A stretch of DNA of 32,186 nt from Chloroflexota bacterium (GCA_016202425.1 JACQOS010000213.1:1-32186), one strand, 5' to 3'. Numbered from the stretch's first letter, positions 16,956 to 26,746 are shown. A program made the numbers and translations. Notes: generated from the letters alone by a model not told the origin.

Positions 16956-19385
16956 GTGTGGGACGTTCTTGCCTGGCTGCTGGCCGCTGAGTTCCTCGGC
17001 CTGCTGGCTTTTCCTATTCTCTTCGCCCTGACGCCCGGGCTCCCCGATCGGGGGTTCTCCCTTACGAAGCCCTTCGGGCTGCTGCTTGCCTTCTATCCTC
17101 TCTGGCTGCTGGGGTCCAGCCGGGTCATCCCCAGTGGCACCATCACGCTCGTCGCTATCCTTGCCATCCTGCTGGCGGTGTCGGCGTTCCTGGCCTGGTT
17201 CCTGTGGGACGAGTTGCAGGGGTATGTGCGCCGCCAGTGGCGCATGCTGGTCCTCACGGAGGTGGTGTTCCTGGGGCTCTTTGCCGTGTGGGCGGTCATC
17301 AAGGCGCGCGACCCCGGCATCAACCACACCGAGCAACCCATGGACTTCGCCTTCTTGAACGCCGCGCTGGTCAGCCGGCACTTTCCGCCCGAGGACCCCT
17401 GGCTGGCCGGCCAGAGCGTCAGCTACTACTACTTCGGCTACCTGATCTTTGGCGGCATCATCCGGCTGACAGGTGTGGCCAGCAGCGTGGGGTACACCCT
17501 GGCCCTGGTGCTCGTGGCCGCCATGGCCGGCACCGGCGTCTTTGGGCTGGTGGCCAACCTGGTCCGCCTTCGGGGGGGCAAGCTCGTGGGGGCCGCCCTG
17601 GCGGGCGCGGGCGCGGTGGTGTTGCTGATGGGCATTGCGAACCTGGAGAGCGCCCTGGAGCTGGCCCGGGCGAGCGGGCTGGGGTCGGCGGAGTTCTGGA
17701 AGTGGGTGGGCATCAAGGACCTGGGCGAGCCCCTCAAGTCGCCCTACTGGTATCCCGGGGAGCCGGGCTGGTGGTGGTGGCGGGCTACCCGGGTCATCGA
17801 CACAGTGGAGGCGGGGCGAAGCCTGGACTACACCATTACGGAGTTCCCTTTCTTCAGCCTGGTGCTGGGCGACCTCCATCCCCACGTCATGAGTCTGCCG
17901 TTCGTGGCCCTGTTCCTGGGGCTGGTGCTGAACTTGTGGACTGCGCCTGAAGAGGTGCGGCTTCAGGCGCTGGGAGGAAGGAAGCTGGTGCCCCTGGCTT
18001 TCGTGCTGGGCGCGCTGGGGTTCATCAATGCCTGGGATCTGCCCACCTTCACGGCGGTGCTGGGGGTCACCACCCTGGCGAAGGCGTACCCGCAGTCGGC
18101 GACGCAGCGCCGTGTCCTGGTGCGAGCCATGGGCGTTGCGGGGGCGGTGCTCGTGCTGGCCCTGTTCCTCTACCTGCCCTTCTACGCCAGCTTCCGCACC
18201 CAGGCGACGGGCGTGCTGCCTGTGGAGGAGTACGTTACCAGGCCGTTCCACTTCGTGGTGCTCTGGGGCCTGTTCCTGGGGGTGGTGGCCCCCTACCTGG
18301 CGTGGAGGCTGGTGGCGGTGCTGCGCCGCCGCCTCTGGGGCTGGAGGGAGGTGGCTGTGGCGTTGGGGGTTGCCCTGGCCCCGCTGGCGGCCTGGGGGCT
18401 GGTGGAGGGGCTCCTGGTCTTCGATGTAGCCCAGGCCGCTGGAAGGATAGGGGGCCGAGTTGTCCATCTGCTGCCGTTGGTGCTGGCGGCGGGCGGTGCT
18501 GCCTTCGTGGTGCTGGGGCGGGTGCCGCGGGCCCAGAAAGCCGCTGCGCCCGCGGGAGGGACCACCGGCTGGCTGCTGGCCGAGATGGGGCTTCGGCGCG
18601 CAGCCGGGAATCCGACCCAGAGTGCCGAGCAGCGGGACCTAGCTTGGGAAGGCTTCCCCATGCTGCTGGTCCTCGTGGCGTTCCTGCTGTTTATCGGGGT
18701 GGAGTTGTTCTTCGTCGTGGACCTGTTCCTCAGCCGAATGAATATCATGTTCAAGCTCTATTACCAGGCGTGGGTCTTGCTTGCTGTGGCTGGCAGCTAC
18801 GCCGTATACTCCCTGAGTACGCGGTTCTCCGGCTCAGCACCCGTGCTGCGCCTGGCCTGGTACGGCTGGGTGGCGGTGGTCGTGGTGGGAGTGGCGGCGG
18901 CGCTCTACTACCCTGCGGCAATGGTGTACACCAAGACCGATGGCTCGGCGACGGGCCGCACGCTGGATGGCCTGGCGTTCCTGGAGCGGGACCGGCCCGA
19001 GGAGCTGGCGGCCATACGCTGGCTCCAGGACCACTACCAGGCGGGCGACCGCCTGGTGGAAGCGGTGGGGGATGACTACTCTGAATATGGGCGCGTCTCC
19101 GCCAGCACTGGCATCCCCACGGTGGTCGGGTGGATAGGCCATGAGGCCCAGTGGCGGGGCTCCACGGGGCCCTTCGAAGGAAGGGCCGAGGCGGTGCAGC
19201 GCATCTACCAGACCCAGGAGGCGGAAGAGGCCAGAGGCCTCCTTCAGCGGTACGGCGTGAGGTACGTGGTTGTAGGGCCACGGGAACAGGCCAAGTATGG
19301 GACTGGCGGGCTGGAGAAGTTCAAGGCCCTGGGCGTACCGGTGTTCGAGCAGGGGAAGATGGTGGTCTACCGTGTCGGAGCGTAG
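16956..19385 (+). CDS. DUF2298 / Chlor_Arch_YYY polytopic membrane protein (putative GT-C glycosyltransferase)
   Basis: EQPMDFAFLNA, PPEDPWLAG..SYYYFG, WWWRATRVI, ITEFPFFS..LGDLHPH, NAWDLP, FKLYYQAW, TLDG, PTVVGWIGHE.QWR. Confidence 0.88.
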   Translation: MWDVLAWLLAAEFLGLLAFPILFALTPGLPDRGFSLTKPFGLLLAFYPLWLLGSSRVIPSGTITLVAILAILLAVSAFLAWFLWDELQGYVRRQWRMLVLTEVVFLGLFAVWAVIKARDPGINHTEQPMDFAFLNAALVSRHFPPEDPWLAGQSVSYYYFGYLIFGGIIRLTGVASSVGYTLALVLVAAMAGTGVFGLVANLVRLRGGKLVGAALAGAGAVVLLMGIANLESALELARASGLGSAEFWKWVGIKDLGEPLKSPYWYPGEPGWWWWRATRVIDTVEAGRSLDYTITEFPFFSLVLGDLHPHVMSLPFVALFLGLVLNLWTAPEEVRLQALGGRKLVPLAFVLGALGFINAWDLPTFTAVLGVTTLAKAYPQSATQRRVLVRAMGVAGAVLVLALFLYLPFYASFRTQATGVLPVEEYVTRPFHFVVLWGLFLGVVAPYLAWRLVAVLRRRLWGWREVAVALGVALAPLAAWGLVEGLLVFDVAQAAGRIGGRVVHLLPLVLAAGGAAFVVLGRVPRAQKAAAPAGGTTGWLLAEMGLRRAAGNPTQSAEQRDLAWEGFPMLLVLVAFLLFIGVELFFVVDLFLSRMNIMFKLYYQAWVLLAVAGSYAVYSLSTRFSGSAPVLRLAWYGWVAVVVVGVAAALYYPAAMVYTKTDGSATGRTLDGLAFLERDRPEELAAIRWLQDHYQAGDRLVEAVGDDYSEYGRVSASTGIPTVVGWIGHEAQWRGSTGPFEGRAEAVQRIYQTQEAEEARGLLQRYGVRYVVVGPREQAKYGTGGLEKFKALGVPVFEQGKMVVYRVGA

Positions 19386-21759
19386 TCCAGGGGCCGTGGG
19401 AGTAGAGGAGCCCTCCCAGCCCTGGCCCGAGACGGCGCCTGGGACCCCGACGGAGCGCAGGGAGCAGCCGCGCCGCCAGGAGGCGGCAGGGACCTGGGCC
19501 CGCTGGGAGCTCGCCGCCTACCTGGTCATCGTGGTTGCGGCCCTTGTGCTGCGGCTGTGGGGCCTGGGGGACAAGGCCTTCCACCACGATGAGAGCCTCC
19601 ATGCGAGCTACGCCTGGTACCTGTACGACGGTCGTGGCTACCGGCACGACCCCATGATGCACGGGCCGTTCCAGTTCTTCGGCACGGCCCTGATGTTCCA
19701 GCTCTTTGGGGACTCGGACTTCACCGCGCGCCTGCTGTACGCCCTGTACGGTACTGCGCTGGTGGTGCTGCCCGTGTTCCTCCGGGACCTCCTGGGCCGA
19801 TATGGCGCCCTGGTGACCTCCCTCCTCCTGGCCGTCTCGCCGACGATGCTGTACTTCAGCCGCTTCGCCCGGAACGACATCCTCATGGCCGTGTGGGCCC
19901 TGGCCCTGGTGACGCTGGTGTGGCGTTATCTCCGCCGGCAGCGGGTGCGCCATCTGGTGCTCGGCTCGGCGGTGCTGGCGTTCGCCTTCTCCACCAAGGA
20001 GACGGCGTACATCCTGACGGCAGTGCTGGGGAGCTATCTGCTGGTGGCCGCTCGGCGGGATGTGGTGCCCTGGCTTCTGGGCCGGAAGGCGTTGCGGGAC
20101 TTTGCTCCACCTGGGCAAGTGCTGGTCCTGTTGGCCACGCTGAGCCTCCCCCTGGGGGCGGGTGCTGCCTCCATCCTCCAGAAGCCGCTGGGGCTGGAGC
20201 TGGCCAACCCCGACTACACCCGCGCTCCCGTGGGGATACCGCTGGGGACGGGGCTGTATGTCGCCTTCCTGCTGGTGGTGGGGCTGCTGATGGCGGGCAT
20301 TGGCCTGGGGCTCCGTTGGCGGCCCAGGGTGTGGCTGGCGTGCGCCGCTGCCTTCGCCACGGTCTGGGTGCTGCTGTACACGTCGTTCTTCACCAACTTC
20401 TGGGGTGGGCTGGCCAGCGGGCTGTGGCAGAGCGTGGGCTACTGGGTGGTGCAGCAGGACGTGGCCCGGGGCGGGCAGCCCTGGTACTACTATCTGGTGG
20501 TAGGACTGAACTACGAGTTCCTTCCGCTGCTCATGGGGCTGGTAGCCATGGGCTTCTACCTGAAGCGAGGAGATGAATTCTCGCGGTTCCTGGTCTTCTG
20601 GGCGGTGGGTAGCTTCGCCTTTTATACGTATGCGGCGGAGAAGATGCCGTGGCTGCTGGTCAATGTGGCCCTGCCGTTCATCGTCCTGGCGGGCAAATTC
20701 CTGGGCGACCTGTTGGCCCGGCAGCCCTGGCTTGCCGAGCGGTCGCCGGTGGCGCAACGGGCCCTGGTTCCGGAAGGGGGCGATGCCGGAGCGGTCGGCA
20801 TGGCCGGAGTCCCCGAACCCAGTGGGGTGGATGCCGCGCCCGAAGGCAGCCTGGCCCCCGCGGCGGAGTCTCGCGTGGCAGAACCGGGCCCGGGTGCCAC
20901 GAAAGAGCGGTACGGTCGGCGTGGCGTCGCGGGCGCTGTGGCGAGGCTCTCCTGGCCTGCGCTGGCCTTCGCGGGGATGCTGGTGCTCCTGGTGGCCCTG
21001 GCCGGGCGCGGCCTGGGGCTGGTGCTGAGGGCGGACGTCCAGAGCTCTGTGGGGCTTCTGTTGACCACGGGGCTGGTCGTGGCGGCGCTTCTGGGGGCGT
21101 GCGGCTATCTGCTGGGCAAGGTCCCCCGGGGCAAGCGGGGCCCCCTGGCCGGCGTGGGCGTGGCGGCGATCATGCTGGCGCTGACGGTGCAGGCGTCCCT
21201 GAGAAGCGCGTACGCCAACGCCGACGTGCCTGTGGACATGCTGGTGTATACGCAGACATCTCCGGAGATACCCCAGCTCGTGCGAGAGATCCGGCGTTTG
21301 GGTGCGGAGACGGGGAAGGGCGAGAGGCTGAAGGTCATCGTGGACACGGCAGATGGCTTCGCCTGGCCGTGGGTGTGGTACCTGCGGGACTTTCCCACCG
21401 TGAGCTATCTGTGTCTGGGCAGCGACCCCGGGTGCCAGGGGATGACCCAGGCCCCTGACGCCGACGTGGTGTTGGTGGATGCGCCGAACCAGGCGTCGGC
21501 ATCGCGCTTCCTGGAGGCGTACGGGCCGCCCATCAGATACAAGCACCGGTGGTGGTTCCCGGAGAGCTACCGGGGCCTGAACGTGAAGACCGTGGCGGAG
21601 GCTGTCCGTCAGAGGCAGTCCTGGTGCCGGGTGCTGGAGTACTTCCTGGACCGGCGCTTCGACCTGTCCATCGGGTCGGTGGACGCCTACGCCTACTTTC
21701 CATCCAGCTTCAGCCCGGCGCCCCTGAAGCAGCGGGACCAGGAGAGGACACGCTGCTGA
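19372..21759 (+). CDS. TIGR03663 / Agl23-like membrane protein (PMT-like GT-C)
   Basis: LRLWGLG..FHHDESLHA, YRHDPMMHGP, SPTMLYFSRFARND, TKE, RGGQPWYYY, EKMPWL, LVYTQTS, WPWVWYLR; start uncertain (GTG 19372 overlaps the previous stop). Confidence 0.85.
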   Translation: MSERSPGAVGVEEPSQPWPETAPGTPTERREQPRRQEAAGTWARWELAAYLVIVVAALVLRLWGLGDKAFHHDESLHASYAWYLYDGRGYRHDPMMHGPFQFFGTALMFQLFGDSDFTARLLYALYGTALVVLPVFLRDLLGRYGALVTSLLLAVSPTMLYFSRFARNDILMAVWALALVTLVWRYLRRQRVRHLVLGSAVLAFAFSTKETAYILTAVLGSYLLVAARRDVVPWLLGRKALRDFAPPGQVLVLLATLSLPLGAGAASILQKPLGLELANPDYTRAPVGIPLGTGLYVAFLLVVGLLMAGIGLGLRWRPRVWLACAAAFATVWVLLYTSFFTNFWGGLASGLWQSVGYWVVQQDVARGGQPWYYYLVVGLNYEFLPLLMGLVAMGFYLKRGDEFSRFLVFWAVGSFAFYTYAAEKMPWLLVNVALPFIVLAGKFLGDLLARQPWLAERSPVAQRALVPEGGDAGAVGMAGVPEPSGVDAAPEGSLAPAAESRVAEPGPGATKERYGRRGVAGAVARLSWPALAFAGMLVLLVALAGRGLGLVLRADVQSSVGLLLTTGLVVAALLGACGYLLGKVPRGKRGPLAGVGVAAIMLALTVQASLRSAYANADVPVDMLVYTQTSPEIPQLVREIRRLGAETGKGERLKVIVDTADGFAWPWVWYLRDFPTVSYLCLGSDPGCQGMTQAPDADVVLVDAPNQASASRFLEAYGPPIRYKHRWWFPESYRGLNVKTVAEAVRQRQSWCRVLEYFLDRRFDLSIGSVDAYAYFPSSFSPAPLKQRDQERTRC

Positions 21760-21796
21760 GGCACCGTGCTCGGTCGCCGGAGAGGGGGAGAGACCC

Positions 21797-22567
21797 GTGA
21801 GGCTGCGGGACCGGGTGAGCATCGTCACCGGGGCGGGCAGCGGCATAGGGAGGGCAGTAGCCCTGGGCCTGGCTGGAGAGGGGTCGCGGGTAGTGCTGGT
21901 GGGCAGGACCCCTGGGCCGTTGGAAGAGACGAAGCGGCAGGTCGAGGTCTCTGGGGGAGCGGCGCTCGTCTGCCCAGGCGACGTGGGTGACCCTCGGGCG
22001 GTCCGAGCCACCGTCGAGGCGACGCTTCAGGCCTACGGGCGTGTGGACGTGCTGGTGAACAACGCCGGCTACAACATCCCCCAACGGGGCATCCTGGAGA
22101 TGGCTCCTGAGCAGATCGAAGGGGTCGTGCGGGGCAACCTGACGGGGAGCCTGCTGTTCATCCAGGCGGTGCTGCCCGCAATGCTCAAGGCCAGGGCGGG
22201 GACCGTCGTGAACGTCTCCTCCATAGCGGCGAAGCGCCCTGCCCTGGTCTCGGGCGCGGCCTACAGCGCGGCCAAGGCGGGGCTCATCACCATGACGCGA
22301 GTGCTGAACCTGGAGCTGCACAACACGGGGGTGCGGGTGTGCGTGGTGATTCCTGGGGCGACGGACACCCCGTTGATGGACAAGCGCGTGGCGCCTCCCT
22401 CCAAGGAGGCGAGGGCGGCGATGCTGACCCCTGACGATGTGGCCGAGGCGATCTTGCTGGCGGTGCTGATGCCGGGGCGCGCTCTTGTGGAGGAGGTCGT
22501 CATCCGGCCCACGGTGCAGGTGGAGTTCCGCCGCCAGGTGCCGCCCCCGGCGGCCAGCGGGGCATAG
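21797..22567 (+). CDS. short-chain dehydrogenase/reductase
   Basis: TGAGSGIG, NNAG, SS, YSAAK, PGATDT. Confidence 0.93.
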   Translation: MRLRDRVSIVTGAGSGIGRAVALGLAGEGSRVVLVGRTPGPLEETKRQVEVSGGAALVCPGDVGDPRAVRATVEATLQAYGRVDVLVNNAGYNIPQRGILEMAPEQIEGVVRGNLTGSLLFIQAVLPAMLKARAGTVVNVSSIAAKRPALVSGAAYSAAKAGLITMTRVLNLELHNTGVRVCVVIPGATDTPLMDKRVAPPSKEARAAMLTPDDVAEAILLAVLMPGRALVEEVVIRPTVQVEFRRQVPPPAASGA

Positions 22568-22709
22568 CAGGTTGGTGAAAAAGGAGGAGTCCAGAGGGGC
22601 GCAGCCCCTTTGGCGGGGGTCTGGGGGTGTCCCCCAGATATAATTCCTACCCCCTTCCTGGCCAGGAAGGGGGACAGGGGGATGGTCGAAAGGTTTTTTC
22701 AACACCCTG
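22568..22709 (+). mobile_element. complete 142-bp MITE (copy 3) with ATAG target duplication
   Basis: TIRs CAGGTTGGTGAAAAA / TTTTTCAACACCCTG (13/15), flanked by ATAG at 22564-22567 and 22710-22713; three internal hairpins; no coding capacity. Confidence 0.88.
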
Positions 22710-22836
22710 ATAGGGCCGGCCTGCCTCCATCTCGTTCCAGGTGGGAGGCCGCCCCGCCGCAAGGGGCCTTTCTTGTGTGCCTGAAGAGGCAAGCCGTATA
22801 CTGGGGCCTCACGGGGGATGGGAGGATACCCTGCTG

Positions 22837-23934
22837 TTGGGGAACCCACGGCTCTGGATAGGGCTCCTGGTCACCATCGCTTTCCTGGGGCTGCTGGTGC
22901 TGCGGGTGGATGTGGGCGAGACCGTCAGGCGCCTCGGGCGGGCCAACTACGTGTTCCTCCTGCCTGGCCTGGGCTTGTATGCGACGGCGGTGCTTGGGCG
23001 GACCCTTCGGTGGCGGTACCTGTTGCTGCCCCTCAAGGGCGTGGGGCTTGGGCGGCTCGTTCCCGTAGTAGTGGTCGGCTACATGGCCAACAACCTGCTC
23101 CCCATGCGTCTCGGGGAAGTGGTCCGCAGCTACTACGTAGGAGAACGCGAGGGGGTGAGCAAGGCGGCGGCGTTCGCCACGGTGGTGGTGGAGCGGGTCT
23201 TCGATGGCCTCGCGCTCCTCTTCTTCCTGGTTGTCGCTGCCGCTTTCCTTCCCGTCGCGGGGTTGGTGAAGGGCCTCGGGGAGACCACCCGCGTGCCCTG
23301 GCCTATCCTGGCCGGAGGGACGGTGCTGTCGTTCGTGGTGGTATCCGGCGTCCTGCTGTGGGGGTCGCGAGGCCCGGCGGCGTGGACGCGCCTGGCCGCT
23401 CTTGTTTGCAGGCCATTGCCCGCCAGGTGGAAGGGGCAGGTAGTGGGGCTGGTGGATCTCTTTGCTACGGGTCTGAGCACCCTGCGCAACCCCGGGCGGC
23501 TGGCCGCCGTCTTCCTGCTGTCGGTGCCCGTATGGCTGGCCGAGGCCGCGACGTCCTACGTGATAGCTCTGGGGTTTGGCCTGGAGGCGCCGCTGGGAGG
23601 CCTTGGGGGCATGGCGACGGCCATCGTGGCGATGACCGCGATTGCAAACCTGGCAACCTCGCTGCCGTCGTCGCAGGGAGGCGTCGGGCCCTTCGAGTTC
23701 TTCGCCGTGGCGACGCTGGTCCTGCTGGGCGTGGAGGCGGAGGTGGCGACAGCGTATGTGGTGGCGCTCCACCTGACGCTCCTGGTGCCGGTGACGGTGG
23801 TGGGGCTGGTGTACCTGTGGGTGGGGAAGGAGTCGCTCCTGCGGCTCATGCGCCTGCCGCCAATGGCGGCGAAGGCATCGGCTGCGGAAGGCAGGGTGGC
23901 AAGCGGCCCTGTTCCACGCGAGGAGCTCCCTTGA
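22837..23934 (+). CDS. UPF0104 / lysylphosphatidylglycerol-synthase TM (flippase-like) protein
   Basis: RTLRWRYLL, GYMANNLLPMRLGEVVR, TVVVERVFD, PSSQGGVGPFE; GGAGG at 22821; start approximate. Confidence 0.88.
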   Translation: MGNPRLWIGLLVTIAFLGLLVLRVDVGETVRRLGRANYVFLLPGLGLYATAVLGRTLRWRYLLLPLKGVGLGRLVPVVVVGYMANNLLPMRLGEVVRSYYVGEREGVSKAAAFATVVVERVFDGLALLFFLVVAAAFLPVAGLVKGLGETTRVPWPILAGGTVLSFVVVSGVLLWGSRGPAAWTRLAALVCRPLPARWKGQVVGLVDLFATGLSTLRNPGRLAAVFLLSVPVWLAEAATSYVIALGFGLEAPLGGLGGMATAIVAMTAIANLATSLPSSQGGVGPFEFFAVATLVLLGVEAEVATAYVVALHLTLLVPVTVVGLVYLWVGKESLLRLMRLPPMAAKASAAEGRVASGPVPREELP

Positions 23935-24000
23935 GCCGGTGGGTGACTGCTTTGGGGGATGGCTGGGGAGGGAGGCACTCCCCGCAGGCAGGTTGTTGAG

Positions 24001-25326
24001 GTGGCCGAATACCGCGTAGGCATTATCGGCGGGGGCATTGGGGGGCTGGGAGCCGCCTATGAACTGGCCAAGTTGGGCCACCACGTAGAGCTGTACGAGC
24101 GGGCGCCGTTCCTGGGGGGACTCGCCTCCACCTTTGAGGTGGGAGGAGGGCGCCTGGAGCGGTTCTACCACCACCTCTTCCTCTCGGACACCACCATGAT
24201 CAGCCTGCTGAAGGAGTTGGGGCTGGGCGACCGGCTGATCTGGCGGGACTCCAAGGTGGGGATGTTCACCGGCGGCCGCATCTACGACTTCTCCACCCCG
24301 TGGGATCTGCTGCGCTTCAGCCCCGTGAGTCTGGTGGACCGCATGCGCATGGGGTTGGTGGCCCTCTACCTCCAGCGGGTGAAGCGGTGGCAGAAGTTCG
24401 AGCACTCCACCGCTTCGGCCTTCATGCGGAAATGGGCAGGGAAGCGCAACTACGAGGCGGTCTGGGAGCCCCTGCTGAAGGGGAAGTTCACGACGTACCA
24501 CGACCAGGTCTCCATGGCCTGGCTGTGGAGCAAGTTCGCCACCCGCGTTGCCTCCCGGGGGAAAACGCTCAGGGAGAAGCTGGGCTATATCCGGGGGAGC
24601 TGGCAGGTGCTCATCGACGCGCTGGAGCGGCGCATCCGGGAGCTGGGGGGCCAGGTGCTCACGAGCACGGCGGTGACGCGCATCCTCACGGAAGGGGGTC
24701 GGGTCTCTGGGCTGGCCATCCAGCGGGCGGATGGCATGCAAGAGCAGCGGGCCTTTGACATCGTGATCGCCACCATCCCCAGCTTCGCATTGCCCAAGCT
24801 GGTGGAGTTGCCCCAGGAGTACGTGGCCAAACTCCAGGGAGTTGAGTACGAAGGGGCCATCGCCGCCATCTGGGTGCTCAAGCACAGCCTCTCCCATATC
24901 TACTGGCTCAACATCACCGACCCGGACATCCCCTTCCTGCTGGTCCTGGAGCAGACGAACCTGGTGCCTCCGGAGGAGTACGGCGGCAAGCATCTCATCT
25001 ATACGGCCAACTACGTGACGCGCGACGACTACCGGTGGCCGCTCAGCCCTGAGGAGATCGTTCGAGGCTATATTCCCAACCTCAAGAAGATCAACCCTGC
25101 CTTCGACGCATCGTGGATCGAGGCGACTTACGTTCACAGGGAGCCTGCGGCCCAGCCCATCATCAAGGCCAACCACAGGGAGCGGATGCCTCCTACCAGG
25201 ACGCCTGTTCCGGGGCTGTGGCTGGCGGCCATGAGCCAGGTCTACCCGGAGGACCGGGGGACCAACTACAGCTTGCGCCTGGCGGTGGAGGTGGCCCGCC
25301 AGGCAGTGGAGATGCACCAAGCATGA
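24001..25326 (+). CDS. FAD-dependent oxidoreductase (HemY/amine-oxidase-like family often found in glycan loci)
   Basis: IIGGGIGGL, ER..LGGLA, LERFYHHLF, EKLGYIRG, AQPI, YPEDRGTN; start GTG 24001 or ATG 23959. Confidence 0.88.
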   Translation: MAEYRVGIIGGGIGGLGAAYELAKLGHHVELYERAPFLGGLASTFEVGGGRLERFYHHLFLSDTTMISLLKELGLGDRLIWRDSKVGMFTGGRIYDFSTPWDLLRFSPVSLVDRMRMGLVALYLQRVKRWQKFEHSTASAFMRKWAGKRNYEAVWEPLLKGKFTTYHDQVSMAWLWSKFATRVASRGKTLREKLGYIRGSWQVLIDALERRIRELGGQVLTSTAVTRILTEGGRVSGLAIQRADGMQEQRAFDIVIATIPSFALPKLVELPQEYVAKLQGVEYEGAIAAIWVLKHSLSHIYWLNITDPDIPFLLVLEQTNLVPPEEYGGKHLIYTANYVTRDDYRWPLSPEEIVRGYIPNLKKINPAFDASWIEATYVHREPAAQPIIKANHRERMPPTRTPVPGLWLAAMSQVYPEDRGTNYSLRLAVEVARQAVEMHQA

Positions 25327-25392
25327 GGGTGACGTGTTCCGTATGAGTTCTGGAAGCAGGGGAACCATTGGGGCAGGACTCTGAAGAGTCGG

Positions 25393-25421
25393 TTGACTTG
25401 CCTGGAGCCTGGGACTAGGAT
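25393..25421 (+). promoter_or_regulatory. sigma70-type promoter of MFS gene
   Basis: TTGACT-17 nt-TAGGAT. Confidence 0.55.
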
Positions 25422-25474
25422 TCGGCGAGGAAGTTTTCCCCTTTCATAGCTAACTAGAAAAGGAAGCTCATTTT

Positions 25475-26746
25475 GTGGGTAACCGTGTAGATCAAGTTGC
25501 TCCATCGGCTACGCTCAGGCCTCGAGTTCCACGGCTCCATACGTTCTCATCCTTAAGGTACCGCAACTTCCGCTATCTCTGGGGGAGCACCCTCTTTGCC
25601 AGCGGTGGTCAATGGATTCAGCAGATCACGCTCAGTTGGCTCATCTATGACATGAGCCACTCGGCATTTCTGACCGGGGCTTTGCTAGGGGCACGATCAT
25701 TACCGTTCCTGGTGGTGGCCCCCATCGGTGGAGTGCTTATCGATCGCTTCGACCGTCGGAAATTGCTCTTGGCGAACCAGGTTTTCCTGGCGTCGGCGGC
25801 GCTTGGCTTTGCGCTCTTGCTCGCGGCTAACTTGGCTCGCGAGTGGCACGTCTTTCTCTTTGCCGTCATTACCGGTGCGGGGTGGGCTTTGAATAACCCG
25901 CTTCGCCAGGCTTTGGTAGTGAACACCGTCCCCCGTCAGAGTTTCCAAAATGCCATCGCCCTGAACTCGCTAGCTTTTAACGTCAATCGAGTTCTGGGGC
26001 CCGGCCTGGGAGGATTGCTCATTGCGCTCTCGGGACCTGCGACCAATTTCTTCATTCAGGCGGCATGCTATGTGGGCGTCGCCTTGCTGGTGTTCCCCAT
26101 TCGTCTGGGGCACCCTGAAACGGCTGCTCGCCACAACTCCTCCGCTTTGTCGGATCTCCGGGAAGGGTTAAGCTACGTTGCTAAGGAGCAGACAATCCTT
26201 GCATTGATGCTGATGGGGATGAGTCAGGCGCTGTTCATCATGCCGTTCGTGAACGGATTGATGCCGGTCTTCTCCAAGGAGGTGCTGGGCCTCGGGCCCG
26301 ATGGGCTGGGGCTCTTGCTGGCCACAATGGGAATGGGGGGGCTAGTAGCACCTCTAACCCTTGCCACGATGGGGAACACCCGAAGGACAGGACTTGTCCA
26401 GGCAGGGGCAGCAATGGGCTCCGGGATAATGCTCATGGTGTTTTCCCAGTCCACTAGCCTGGCTATGGCCTTGCCATTCCTGGCGATGCTAGGAACTTGT
26501 CAGATGTTTTTCTTTGTTCTGATCAACATCATCATCCAGACCCGCATTCCGGACGCTCTTCGTGGCCGCGTCATGAGTATCTATTCGATGGACATTGCCG
26601 TGGCCCCTCTGGGAGGGCTTGTGGCAGGCACCATTGCTCAACTGTATGGTGCTCCTCTGGCAATGCTGATGGGAGGAGGGTTTTCCTTAGCCCTCATTCT
26701 TGTGATTGTCACTCGGTTCAAGACTGTGCGTACCAATGCCTCGTGA
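25475..26746 (+). CDS. MFS transporter (DHA3/EntS-like)
   Basis: SLRYRNFRYLW, GGVLIDRFDRRKLL (motif A), NAIALNS, GPGLGG, IPDALRGRVMS; about 12 TM. Confidence 0.92.
   Translation: MGNRVDQVAPSATLRPRVPRLHTFSSLRYRNFRYLWGSTLFASGGQWIQQITLSWLIYDMSHSAFLTGALLGARSLPFLVVAPIGGVLIDRFDRRKLLLANQVFLASAALGFALLLAANLAREWHVFLFAVITGAGWALNNPLRQALVVNTVPRQSFQNAIALNSLAFNVNRVLGPGLGGLLIALSGPATNFFIQAACYVGVALLVFPIRLGHPETAARHNSSALSDLREGLSYVAKEQTILALMLMGMSQALFIMPFVNGLMPVFSKEVLGLGPDGLGLLLATMGMGGLVAPLTLATMGNTRRTGLVQAGAAMGSGIMLMVFSQSTSLAMALPFLAMLGTCQMFFFVLINIIIQTRIPDALRGRVMSIYSMDIAVAPLGGLVAGTIAQLYGAPLAMLMGGGFSLALILVIVTRFKTVRTNAS

Noticed and set aside
16338-25368. Long minus-strand ORFs (709, 896, 379, 889 aa) and similar shadows elsewhere
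   Set aside because: Antisense to well-supported genes in GC-rich DNA; no recognisable motifs
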